Below, piece by piece: positions 34,341 through 43,336 of a DNA stretch of 64,000 nucleotides. The notes under the pieces were generated by a model. It worked only from the letters and a program-made list of their open reading frames with translations. It ran no database searches and was not told where the DNA came from. The first letter of the stretch is position 1. The number at the start of each line of letters is the position of its first letter. A program made the translations under genes and the position numbers. The stretch covers positions 11,859 through 75,858 of the forward strand of contig JAZQLC010000027.1 in the NCBI GenBank assembly GCA_045542485.1, read 5' to 3'. The stretch comes from Acutalibacteraceae bacterium (GTDB taxonomy: Bacteria; Bacillota; Clostridia; Oscillospirales; Acutalibacteraceae).

Positions 34341-35549
34341 ATGCAATCATTAAGAGAACTCTACAAAATAGGCAAAGGGCCGTCAAGCTCACACACTATG
34401 GCTCCGTTCAAGGCTTCAAGACTTTTTAAAGAGGAAAATCCCGAAGCTGATTCTTTCAAGGCTATACTTTACGGCTCACTTGCAAAAACAGGCAAAGGAC
34501 ACCACACAGACGAAGCTATCCTTGAGGGCTTTGACGGTGTTAAAACAGAGCTTGTGTTCGATGTGACAACAGAGGACCTTCCCCACGAAAACACAGTTGA
34601 TTTCTTCGCTTACAAAAACGGTGAAGAAATCGGCAAAATGCGTGTTATGAGTATCGGCGGCGGAGATTTCGCCGTAGAAGGCAGACCCCATATCACACCG
34701 AAAGAGGTTTATAAAGAAAACTCTTTCGCCGAAATTGCAAAATATTGCAAAAAACACAGAATCCGCATCAGCGACTATGTTTACCAGAACGAGGGCGAAG
34801 AAATCAAGGAATTCCTGGCAGATGTGTGGGCAGCGATGAAAGACTGCATCAACGAAGGTCTGCTTACTGACGGAATTCTTGACGGCGGTCTGAAGGTCGA
34901 GAGAAAAGCAAGATTTCTCCTTGACCAGCAGCACATCGACGAAAGTGAAATCACATATGAAAACAGAATGGTCTGCGCCTATGCTTTCGCAGTAGGTGAA
35001 CAGAACGCAGGTGGCGGCATCGTGGTAACTGCACCGACCTGCGGTGCAAGTAGTGTTTTACCCGCCGTTCTCAAATATATGCAGGAAAAGAAACGCTTTT
35101 CAGACAGAAAAATCATTGATGCTCTTGCAGTTGCCGGTATTATCGGTATTCTGGTTAAAACCAACGCATCCGTCAGCGGTGCTGAGTGCGGATGTCAGGC
35201 TGAGATGGGCACCGCTTGTTCGATGGCTGCAGCGGCCCTTGCAGAGATTTTCGGAATGAGAATAGAACAAATCGAATATGCCGCAGAAGTGGCAATGGAG
35301 CACCATTTAGGGCTCACCTGCGACCCGATTGCAGGTCTTGTGCAGATTCCCTGCATTGAGCGTGGCGCAATCGCCGCTATGAGAGCTATAAATGCTCTGA
35401 ATCTCGCAAACTTCCTCAGCTCAACAAGAAAGATTTCATTTGACCTTGTTGTTGAAACTATGTACGAAACAGGTAAGGATTTGAAATTCCATTACCGTGA
35501 AACATCAGAGGGCGGACTCGCAAAGCTCTATCTGAAAAGAAAGAAATAA
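34341..35549 (+). CDS. sdaA: L-serine ammonia-lyase (iron-sulfur type, single chain)
   Basis: The preferred start gives MQSLRELYKIGKGPSSSHTMAP, the canonical SdaA N-terminus. Cys-containing CGCQAEMGTAC and TCDPIAGLVQIPCIERG blocks are present. Confidence 0.85.
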   Translation: MQSLRELYKIGKGPSSSHTMAPFKASRLFKEENPEADSFKAILYGSLAKTGKGHHTDEAILEGFDGVKTELVFDVTTEDLPHENTVDFFAYKNGEEIGKMRVMSIGGGDFAVEGRPHITPKEVYKENSFAEIAKYCKKHRIRISDYVYQNEGEEIKEFLADVWAAMKDCINEGLLTDGILDGGLKVERKARFLLDQQHIDESEITYENRMVCAYAFAVGEQNAGGGIVVTAPTCGASSVLPAVLKYMQEKKRFSDRKIIDALAVAGIIGILVKTNASVSGAECGCQAEMGTACSMAAAALAEIFGMRIEQIEYAAEVAMEHHLGLTCDPIAGLVQIPCIERGAIAAMRAINALNLANFLSSTRKISFDLVVETMYETGKDLKFHYRETSEGGLAKLYLKRKK

Positions 35550-35596
35550 AATATTCAAGCGAAAAATCCTCTCCGTCAAAATCAAAGATTTTGCCA

Positions 35597-35634
35597 CCTC
35601 CCCTTGCATTTTCAAGGGGAGGTTTTATTTATTT
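35597..35634 (+). terminator. Rho-independent terminator after sdaA
   Basis: CCTCCCCTT (35597-605) pairs with AAGGGGAGG (35614-22), followed by TTTTATTTATTT. Confidence 0.75.
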
Positions 35635-35641
35635 ACGGCAA

Positions 35642-35674
35642 CAAAAAATGTCGACACCCGGCGAGTGTCGACAT
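35642..35674 (-). terminator. Rho-independent terminator of the HTH-lipase/small-protein transcript
   Basis: ATGTCGACA-C pairs with TGTCGACAT (35648-57 / 35666-74), followed on the minus strand by TTTTTTGT. Confidence 0.7.
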
Positions 35675-35704
35675 TTCATAATTAATTTCAGTTTTATAAA
35701 ATCT

Positions 35705-35914
35705 TCATATAACATCTGAAATAAATTCTATAATCGGTTCAAAGATGTTATACACTCCAGCCACCAGTGACAAGGCTATGTCGGTAGCTTCTGTACCTGT
35801 CAGCCATGATGAGACAACATCAAAGTCCATTCCAAAAAGGGAAAATACAGCTTTAAAAAACAAATAGAAAACCATCAACGGTGCCATAAAAACGAGTAAT
35901 ACAGATGTACCCAT
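35705..35914 (-). CDS. Small hydrophobic membrane protein
   Basis: 69 aa from ATG 35914, with GGGAGG 7 nt upstream. It lies 17 nt after the upstream gene stop and has one clear TM. Confidence 0.5.
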   Translation of the reverse strand: MGTSVLLVFMAPLMVFYLFFKAVFSLFGMDFDVVSSWLTGTEATDIALSLVAGVYNIFEPIIEFISDVI

Positions 35915-35931
35915 AAACAAGCCTCCCTGAA

Positions 35932-37524
35932 TTATCTTTTAAGTCCGTCAACTAATTCAAAATGTTCTGTAAAAAAGCTCTGAGTCGCATCTGTACTTGT
36001 GCCGAGGCCGATTACTGTGCCGTGGTGACCTCTTTTCACAGGTGCCACATACCAGATACCTTTATCGAATTTTTCGTCCTCTTCCGTTGGGAAATCCATA
36101 AACTCCTCACCCAGAGGATATTTTGCAGAAACCACATTCACAAGACCGTCATTTTCCTGCCAGGTCTCGTCAATGACGATTCCGCCGTCTGTTGTGCCCT
36201 TGTATGAGCCCATAGCAAGTGCTACGGGATAGAGAAGTGCGAACGTACCGCTTTCGGGTACCTGACCTTTAAGAAGTGAGCCTTCCTTTGTGGTCGAGTA
36301 CGCATATGAGAAATAATATACATCCTCAACTGTTCTGATTGTTTTATTAAGTTCTGCTGCGCCGTCAGGTGACAGGTCATAAGCTGCGTGGTCCTTACCT
36401 GCTTTGGTAAAGGAAGAAATAACTGAGCTCACATCACTGATATCGCCGTCAACTGCACCGATTCCGAAATGGTCAAGCTTGAAATCGTAAATTCCGCTGA
36501 CGGGGTCTGAGATACCTGCCACACCGAAAACAAGCTTTGCAAGGAAGTTTGTTGTGTCGCCGAAGCCGAGAATACTTCCTGCATCGTTGATAATTTCAGT
36601 AAGTGATGAGCCGTTATGAGGTGCACAAAGAGCAGTTACACTGAACACCCAATCACCTTTTCCGCCCTCAAACAGCGGCGATGTTTCGTCACCCGTTGCC
36701 TCCATTTCAGCTTCACTGCCATACTCAAGAAGAGATGTGAGAAGTCTCACTGTTGCACCACCGAAAGAGTGACCCACAAGGTTAATTTTGACTCTCTGAC
36801 CACCATTTATTTTTTCGCCCCAGTTTTCAACAAGGGGTGTTTCAAATGTTTCGCCGAAACGCTCGTGACCGTGCTTTTCGGAATGCTCTTTACCGTAGTC
36901 AACCTGCGTTCCCGTAAGCTGTGCGTACAACTCACACGCTCTGTCCCAGGCACTGGAAACAGGTCCCACGCTGGGTGTGTGAACGGTGTAGCCCTGCTCA
37001 GTAAGATATGTTTTCAGGTCGCCTGTTGTAGCTCCCCAATATTTTGCACTGTCGTTGATTCCGTCGCCTTCGCCCCATCCGCCGAGACCGTGGACAAGAA
37101 CGTAAGAATACTGAATTTTACCGCCGTTAAGCTCCCACCACGCTTCTCTGAAGCCACCAAAATGGACGGGTACTGCGATGCAGGTCACAACAAGTGCCAG
37201 TGCAAGAACTGCAGCAATTATTTTAAGTACGGGTTTTTTCTTTTTCACTTTTCTTTCAACCTCACTTTCAGATATAAAAGCTTCTCTTTCTTCTTCTTTT
37301 TCTTCAACAATCGGTGTCACTTCTTCCCTATCCTTGAGAAGGTAATCTGTTGAAACACCAAAAAGCTCACTCATTGAAAGAATCTTTTCCGTGTCGGGAA
37401 TACTTGCGCCTGATTCCCATTTCGAAACAGACTGTCTTGATACACCTAATTTTTCTGCAAAGGCTTCCTGGGACAAGCCTTGCTCTTTTCTCATCTTTAT
37501 AATCTTTTCAGAAATTGTCATCAT
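35932..37524 (-). CDS. Fusion protein: XRE-family HTH + TM segment + staphylococcal-type lipase/esterase domain
   Basis: The N-terminus (IKMRKEQGLSQEAFAEKLGVSRQSVSKWESG) is an HTH_3 motif, and the TM is VLKIIAAVLALALVVTCIAVPV. The hydrolase domain has VLVHGLGGWGE and the nucleophile elbow VNLVGHSFGGATVR. Confidence 0.75.
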   Translation of the reverse strand: MMTISEKIIKMRKEQGLSQEAFAEKLGVSRQSVSKWESGASIPDTEKILSMSELFGVSTDYLLKDREEVTPIVEEKEEEREAFISESEVERKVKKKKPVLKIIAAVLALALVVTCIAVPVHFGGFREAWWELNGGKIQYSYVLVHGLGGWGEGDGINDSAKYWGATTGDLKTYLTEQGYTVHTPSVGPVSSAWDRACELYAQLTGTQVDYGKEHSEKHGHERFGETFETPLVENWGEKINGGQRVKINLVGHSFGGATVRLLTSLLEYGSEAEMEATGDETSPLFEGGKGDWVFSVTALCAPHNGSSLTEIINDAGSILGFGDTTNFLAKLVFGVAGISDPVSGIYDFKLDHFGIGAVDGDISDVSSVISSFTKAGKDHAAYDLSPDGAAELNKTIRTVEDVYYFSYAYSTTKEGSLLKGQVPESGTFALLYPVALAMGSYKGTTDGGIVIDETWQENDGLVNVVSAKYPLGEEFMDFPTEEDEKFDKGIWYVAPVKRGHHGTVIGLGTSTDATQSFFTEHFELVDGLKR

Positions 37525-37580
37525 ATGCCCTCCTTGCGTCTAATATAGCCTAAATACGGCAATATTTCTACCAATTCAGG

Positions 37581-37621
37581 TTTACATTTTTAAATTTTCC
37601 TATGTAAAGTAGAGTTTACAT
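37581..37621. promoter_or_regulatory. Three TTTACAT/ATGTAAA half-sites upstream of the HTH-lipase gene (candidate autoregulatory operator)
   Basis: TTTACAT 37581-87, ATGTAAA 37602-08 and TTTACAT 37615-21. The last two form ATGTAAA-N6-TTTACAT. They lie 57-97 nt upstream of start 37524. Confidence 0.35.
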
Positions 37622-37661
37622 CACTTCTGCACTCTTATAATAGCACTGCTCGTGCTTTCCG

Positions 37662-38174
37662 TCAACCGTTTTTATCTCTGTATTCTTCAGCAAAAGCAAT
37701 CAGTTCATCGTCTATAAGAGCTTCTTTATTGAAGCTTTTTGTCCTGAGACAAAGAGTAGAAAAAAGCTGTTTATGTTTCAGGAAAAGCATTGAAACGGGA
37801 ATGGGATTTGTATAGTTCTTAGTTGTGACAATCACTTTATAGATACCTATCAAGGGAAGTTTTTTCGCCTCTATGCGAACAATACTTTCATAACTTACAG
37901 TTACGGAAAAGTTTTTGAGGCTGCCGAATGTGTGAAATCTGAAATTGTTGAATTTCACATATTCACCTAAGGTTTCAACTTTTTTGCTCCAGCTGTCCAT
38001 AATATAAATCATCGTAAACCCCGGAGGCGTCACTATAAGAAAAATATCAAGGTCATTTTTTCCCATACTCTTTTCTTTGACAAAATCAGGAAAGAAAAAG
38101 AAAACAGCAAAGCTGATAGCTGAAAAGAAAATAAATAGCATAATAAAAGCTACGGGGTTGTATCTGTGTTTCAT
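37662..38174 (-). CDS. Membrane protein of unknown function
   Basis: 170-aa ORF with two N-terminal hydrophobic segments. It overlaps the upstream gene by 4 nt. Confidence 0.5.
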   Translation of the reverse strand: MKHRYNPVAFIMLFIFFSAISFAVFFFFPDFVKEKSMGKNDLDIFLIVTPPGFTMIYIMDSWSKKVETLGEYVKFNNFRFHTFGSLKNFSVTVSYESIVRIEAKKLPLIGIYKVIVTTKNYTNPIPVSMLFLKHKQLFSTLCLRTKSFNKEALIDDELIAFAEEYRDKNG

Positions 38175-38896
38175 TTCAGAATCCTTTCCGCAATAATTTC
38201 TGCTGTCATTTCAATCTGACGGACATTTGTTATTTCTGCTTTGCCATCCCCCTCCTGCTCGCCGTACATACCAAAATAGGCGTGACATCCGCCGTCAATG
38301 ATAACTTCAGTGAAATTCTCAGGGAGATTGGATTTACTCTCTTCGTACTTTTCACGATTCATTACCTTGTCATTACTGCCGTAAACAGAAACCACATCCA
38401 GAGCTGAGGATGATAAATTTTCCGCTGAATAAGAGCCGAGAAGAATAAGCCCGTCAAATTTGTCTGAATTATCCCCCAGATAAGATGCTGCCATAGAGCC
38501 GCCGAGGGAGTGACCGCCTATGTACCATTTTTTAATTTCCGGATATTTCTCTCTGATTCCGTCTGCTGCATTTACATCAAACACTGCAAGATTGAACGGC
38601 ATTTCAACAAGCACACAGAGGATTCCCCTCTCTGCACAAGCTTTCATAAGAGGCTCATAAGAGGCAGACTCCACCTTGCCTCCCGGATAAAAAACAAATC
38701 CCGCTTGGGCTTTTTCAGGTATATATGAAACATACCGCTCTGATTTTTCCTTGACGATGTCCGTTTTTGTTTTCACACCTGCAAAAGCAGCCGTATCGGC
38801 TCTGTAATAGTCACTTACGTATATGCCCATGCTTCCGACAAGAACACCGATAAAAACAAGCAAAGATATTACTGTAACAATAAATTTCTTTTTCAC
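38171..38896 (-). CDS. Membrane-anchored alpha/beta hydrolase
   Basis: The preferred start is GTG 38896 (KKKFIVTVISLL...), with AGAGAGGTG 7 nt upstream. The nucleophile elbow is IGGHSLGGSMAA. Confidence 0.7.
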   Translation of the reverse strand: MKKKFIVTVISLLVFIGVLVGSMGIYVSDYYRADTAAFAGVKTKTDIVKEKSERYVSYIPEKAQAGFVFYPGGKVESASYEPLMKACAERGILCVLVEMPFNLAVFDVNAADGIREKYPEIKKWYIGGHSLGGSMAASYLGDNSDKFDGLILLGSYSAENLSSSALDVVSVYGSNDKVMNREKYEESKSNLPENFTEVIIDGGCHAYFGMYGEQEGDGKAEITNVRQIEMTAEIIAERILK

Positions 38897-38996
38897 CAAT
38901 AAACACCTCTCTTTAATGATAGCGAAAAAAATCTCTCTTATCAACCATAAACTGAAAAGAGAGATTTGTTTTCGCAAAGGCTTACAGAAATCTGAG

Positions 38997-39446
38997 TTAT
39001 GCTATACTACCCTTTACCTGAGAAGGCGTAACGGATTTGATTGAAATTTTCTCATAACCCTCAGTCGATGTACACACATCTGTAAACATTTCCATATTGT
39101 TGCCCAACAGATCATTGACTTCAACCTCAATCTGTTTTGTCTTTGTCACTTCTCTGTCGGTACCCTCATAAAGGATGTAGGTTACCTGGAAAGTGATTAC
39201 CACATCACGGAGTTTGTGAGAAGAGTTTTTCTTCGCCGCCGAAACATAAAACTGACCTTCAGTGATATACACTTTTTCTTCCGGCTTTTCATCAGTCTTT
39301 TCAACCACATCCACGCCGTAATCAATGTCAAAATAGTTTTCCAAATTTTCCGTTGTAAGGGTTGCGCCCGTTTCACCGCATGCCGTAAGAGCGAACACGA
39401 ACGAAACGGCAATTAATGCACAGAGTATTTGTCTGAATAACTTCAT
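38997..39446 (-). CDS. Lipoprotein (unknown function)
   Basis: It has a signal peptide with the lipobox FALTAC and is a paralog of the next gene. Confidence 0.6.
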   Translation of the reverse strand: MKLFRQILCALIAVSFVFALTACGETGATLTTENLENYFDIDYGVDVVEKTDEKPEEKVYITEGQFYVSAAKKNSSHKLRDVVITFQVTYILYEGTDREVTKTKQIEVEVNDLLGNNMEMFTDVCTSTEGYEKISIKSVTPSQVKGSIA

Positions 39447-39475
39447 AAAAAATTATCCTTTCTTCATAAGATGAG

Positions 39476-40048
39476 TTACACAGGACGCACCCTGCCGGCT
39501 GCTGAAATAATTTCAACCGATACAACTGAAAAATCGGGTGAGTCTTTTTCTTCATATCCTCCGACATCATCTATAAGCTCATGATCATCAGTAAAACTAC
39601 CTATACCAACACCCAATGAACCAACGGTTATTGTTATGTCCTCCGTCTTTTCAAGTATACCGTATTCGTACTTATCAATCGCATAGTTAACGCGAACTGT
39701 AATCTGAACATTTTCAAATATCACGCCGCTGACATTACTTGATGTGTTTATTGAAAAGTACGCATCTGTTTTATGTCTGTTCAACACTGATGTCTGGTAA
39801 TCATACTTATTCTGTGTCAGATCACACTCAACATTAATGTATCTTGAAGCGTTAGACGAATTGAGAACAATCCACGGCTCGGTAGGTGCTTCAGTGGTAG
39901 TCGGTGCCGCCGTAGTAGTTGGTGCTGCCGTTGTCTGAACGATTTCCTGTGTTGTTGTTTCTTCAGTTCCGCCACCTGAACACGCAACGAGAAGAAACAT
40001 CATACAAAAAGCCATAATTAACGCTGTAAAATATTTGATTTTATTCAT
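39476..40048 (-). CDS. Lipoprotein with T/A/P-rich linker (unknown function)
   Basis: It has the lipobox LLVACSGG and the linker TTAAPTTTAAPTTTEAPTEP. Its C-terminal domain aligns by eye with the 149-aa neighbour. Confidence 0.6.
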   Translation of the reverse strand: MNKIKYFTALIMAFCMMFLLVACSGGGTEETTTQEIVQTTAAPTTTAAPTTTEAPTEPWIVLNSSNASRYINVECDLTQNKYDYQTSVLNRHKTDAYFSINTSSNVSGVIFENVQITVRVNYAIDKYEYGILEKTEDITITVGSLGVGIGSFTDDHELIDDVGGYEEKDSPDFSVVSVEIISAAGRVRPV

Positions 40049-40059
40049 AGTAACATCTC

Positions 40060-42051
40060 CTATTTAATAACTGCATATCCGCATACGGGAAGTTTCAATT
40101 CACCGCTGATTTTTTCATTTTTAATCACATCTGTGTATTCTCTGTCAAGGATAACTGTCCTCTCTTCGTCTGAGAAATTCATTACGAAAACAAGGTCTCC
40201 CCTCTTTCTCAGATAAACGCCCGGTGAAAGCTTTATGTCCGCATCGGGGGCGATTTCAAACTGACTGAGGAAATCCTCTGCAAAGTCATCATCATTCCTG
40301 AATGCAACATAATAAGCCTTACCCTTGCCGTATGAATTCACCGTAACAGCAGGGAAACCTGCATAGAAATCTTCCTCGTATTTACCAAGTGTTTCCGCTT
40401 CGTTTGCGTGAATTATGTCACAAACGTGGACAACATCATATTTTTTGCCGTTGTAGACAACTGAGTTTTTCATCCCCTCGGGAAGCGCGTCCGTTTCTTC
40501 GTTCCAGATACCGAAAACCTTTTTGAGATTATTTGCCGGGAAACCGCCGAGGAAACACAAATCATCCTTATCCACAAGTCCGAAAAGGTATGTAGTGATG
40601 AATGTGCCGCCATTTTCTACATATTCTTCAATACGCTTATCGACACCGTCCTTGAGCATATACAGGAAAGGCGCCACAATCAGGTCGTACTTTGAGAAAT
40701 CATCATCAACTGAAATCAGGTCAACGCAGACACCTTTTTCCATAAAGGGGCGATACCACTTTTTGCATTCTTCAAGATATTTTCTGTTGATGTTGTTGAA
40801 GCCGCAGAAGTGCTTCACTGCCCAGATATTTTCCCAATCATAAATCACGGCAACCTTTGCGGAAGAATATTTGCCCACAACTGAGCTGAGTTTTTCAAGT
40901 CTTTCGCCGAGCCTTGAAACATCTCTGCAAACTCTTGTGTTTTCGTGACCACAATGATCAACAACCGCACCGTGATATTTCTCGTGTCCGCCACGGCCTT
41001 TTCGCCACTGGAAATACTGCACACTGTCCGCACCGTGGGCAACCGCCTGAATTGATGCCAGTTCCTGCATACCCGGTTTCGGCAGTTTACATACATCGTG
41101 CCAGTTAACCTGCGACGGTGTGCTTTCCATCAGGAAGAATGGCTGACCGTTTTTCATTGAACGGAAAAGGTCGTGATAAAAAGCCGCCTCAAGTGCTTCT
41201 TCTGTATTTCTGCCCTTATCCCAATGAGGATAATTATCCCACGAAACCAGGTCCATTTTCTTTGCAAGTTCCTGATAATTTATTCCGTCACGCATTCTCA
41301 TAAGGTTTGTTGTAACGGGGATATGAGGTGTTATTTCGCGAAGCGGTGCAATCTCATTTTCGAAGAAAGAAATGTGACTGTCGGAAACAAATCTTTCCCA
41401 ACAAATCTGCATAGCGGAAATATGATTTTCACCTCTGTATTTGGGAGAATTAATCTGTGACCAGTCTGTTATTGTGTGACTCCAGAATCCGTTCCACCAC
41501 TTGAAATTAAGCTCATCAAGGCTATTGTCATAATACTTTTTCAGCCACTCTCTGAAAGCCTCCTGACAAAGCTCACAACGACACGCTCCGCTGTATTCAT
41601 TTGAAATGTGCCACATTTTCACAGCAGGATGGTTCTTATATCTTTCAGCAAGTCTGCGGTTGATATTTTTTACCTTTTCTCTGTACACGGGTGATGTCAG
41701 ACAGTGGTTGTGCCTTACGCCGTATTCATTTCTGATACCGTTTTCTTCCACACGCAAAACCTCAGGATATTTCTGTGCAAGCCAGGCAGGTCTCGCTCCC
41801 GACGGAGTTGCAAGAATTGCATCAACGCCGTTTTCGTGAAGCTTATCGAGAATTTTGTCGAGCCACTCAAAGTTATAAACGCCCTCTTCAGGCTCAAGCG
41901 TCGCCCAGGAAAAAATGCCCACTGTCGCACTGTTGATATGTGCAAGATTCATCAGGCGCATATCCTCATCCCATATTTCGGGAGTTCTTATCCACTGATC
42001 AGGATTATAGTCCCCACCGTGGACAATATGTTCAAAAAATTTCTTTTCCAT
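40060..42051 (-). CDS. Beta-galactosidase, GH42
   Basis: The preferred start is ATG 42051 (MEKKFFEHIVHGGDYNPDQW). Motifs include WHISNEY (acid/base) and FFLMESTPS (nucleophile), and the length is typical of GH42. Confidence 0.9.
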   Translation of the reverse strand: MEKKFFEHIVHGGDYNPDQWIRTPEIWDEDMRLMNLAHINSATVGIFSWATLEPEEGVYNFEWLDKILDKLHENGVDAILATPSGARPAWLAQKYPEVLRVEENGIRNEYGVRHNHCLTSPVYREKVKNINRRLAERYKNHPAVKMWHISNEYSGACRCELCQEAFREWLKKYYDNSLDELNFKWWNGFWSHTITDWSQINSPKYRGENHISAMQICWERFVSDSHISFFENEIAPLREITPHIPVTTNLMRMRDGINYQELAKKMDLVSWDNYPHWDKGRNTEEALEAAFYHDLFRSMKNGQPFFLMESTPSQVNWHDVCKLPKPGMQELASIQAVAHGADSVQYFQWRKGRGGHEKYHGAVVDHCGHENTRVCRDVSRLGERLEKLSSVVGKYSSAKVAVIYDWENIWAVKHFCGFNNINRKYLEECKKWYRPFMEKGVCVDLISVDDDFSKYDLIVAPFLYMLKDGVDKRIEEYVENGGTFITTYLFGLVDKDDLCFLGGFPANNLKKVFGIWNEETDALPEGMKNSVVYNGKKYDVVHVCDIIHANEAETLGKYEEDFYAGFPAVTVNSYGKGKAYYVAFRNDDDFAEDFLSQFEIAPDADIKLSPGVYLRKRGDLVFVMNFSDEERTVILDREYTDVIKNEKISGELKLPVCGYAVIK

Positions 42052-42103
42052 ACACTTTTCTCCATATAGCATTCAGCGACCGGCAGAGCCGATCGCCGAC
42101 TGA

Positions 42104-43324
42104 TCATTTTTCTCTCTGTGCAGAATAAGCAACATCAATAGTCTTCTTGAAAAGGAGATAATCGTACTTGGGAAGCCAATCGTCACCTACTGTTGTTTTT
42201 GCTGTAAAATCGCCTGACGAAAGAGCCACATTGACTACTGAAACGCCCTTGAGTTCGCCGTCTTCTTTATAAACAGTGTCCCAGAAAGCGTGGTGACCGA
42301 TGTGTGTCACACTCGCCGGAATGTAAACATATGTCAGCGCCTGATTGTAGCTGAATGCGTCAGAGCCAATGTATTCAAGACCCTCAGGAAGTGAAACATA
42401 AACTTCACCAAGTGCTTCTTCTGTTGTGAAATGAGTATCTGTGACATCATCTGCCTTATAAGAAGAAATATTGTAAAGTGAGGGTGTTGTGCTCCACTGG
42501 TCTACACGCTCGTGAAGTTTGAACACTGCAAGAGTTTCGATTGTCTTCAGCCCCTCAGGGAGATAGATTGCTCGGAGATTTGCATAATTGAAGCACATCT
42601 CATCAAGCTTTACAACTGAAGAAGGAACAACATATGTCTGGACATCTCTTTCGTATTCGGAGGTAACCTCATCTTTGTAAAGCTCCCTCTCATAGCCGTA
42701 TTTCTGTCTTAAATATTCATCGTGGTCGCAGGGATAACAGAGAATTGCTGTTTTGTCCTTATTGTAAAGAACACCGTCAACATCGCAGTAGTTGGGGTTG
42801 TTTTCGTCAACCTCAATTGTCTGCAGAGCCCAGCAGGAATAAAATGCTTTTGTGTCAATAAACTCTACATTTGCACCGATTTTTATCGTCTTGATTTTAT
42901 CGTCACAGTTAAGTGTGAATTTTCTCACTGACACGATGGGCTTTGATTCATCCTTGACAATTCTGAAGTTTGTTGCAGGGTCGTTGTTTCCCGCGATATA
43001 TTCCACATCTGAAACATAGTCGATTTCCAGAGAATCGATGTAACCCGTGTTACTGAATTTTGAAAATTCATATCCGTTTTCAATTTCGGTATATTCGAAA
43101 GTATCATTCTGCAGTGCCAGAACACTGAAGTAAATTGAAAGGGACACAGATACAAGAATCACAAGCACAAAAATGATTTTTTTGAGTGTGTAATTCTTTA
43201 TGGGTTTGCCTATATGAGGTTCTGCAAGACCGGGGACCTGAAAAGTCCATATCTCGTTTTCGGGAATGTCGAAATTAATAGGTTCTTCAGCCTGTAAGTT
43301 AGATTTTTTCTCTTTTTTACTCAT
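42104..43324 (-). CDS. Membrane-anchored BspA-type leucine-rich-repeat protein
   Basis: It has a cytoplasmic N-terminus and the TM IIFVLVILVSVSLSIYFSVLAL. Repeated ...I-x-I-x-x-x-V-x-x-I-x-x-x-AF-x-x-C-x-x-L blocks (LRR_5 style) follow. Confidence 0.65.
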   Translation of the reverse strand: MSKKEKKSNLQAEEPINFDIPENEIWTFQVPGLAEPHIGKPIKNYTLKKIIFVLVILVSVSLSIYFSVLALQNDTFEYTEIENGYEFSKFSNTGYIDSLEIDYVSDVEYIAGNNDPATNFRIVKDESKPIVSVRKFTLNCDDKIKTIKIGANVEFIDTKAFYSCWALQTIEVDENNPNYCDVDGVLYNKDKTAILCYPCDHDEYLRQKYGYERELYKDEVTSEYERDVQTYVVPSSVVKLDEMCFNYANLRAIYLPEGLKTIETLAVFKLHERVDQWSTTPSLYNISSYKADDVTDTHFTTEEALGEVYVSLPEGLEYIGSDAFSYNQALTYVYIPASVTHIGHHAFWDTVYKEDGELKGVSVVNVALSSGDFTAKTTVGDDWLPKYDYLLFKKTIDVAYSAQREK

Positions 43325-43336
43325 ATCAGCACCCCC

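Noticed and set aside
36616-37353. 245-aa plus-strand ORF
   Set aside because: It is antisense to the well-supported HTH-lipase gene. It is Cys/Phe-rich and non-protein-like, with no RBS.
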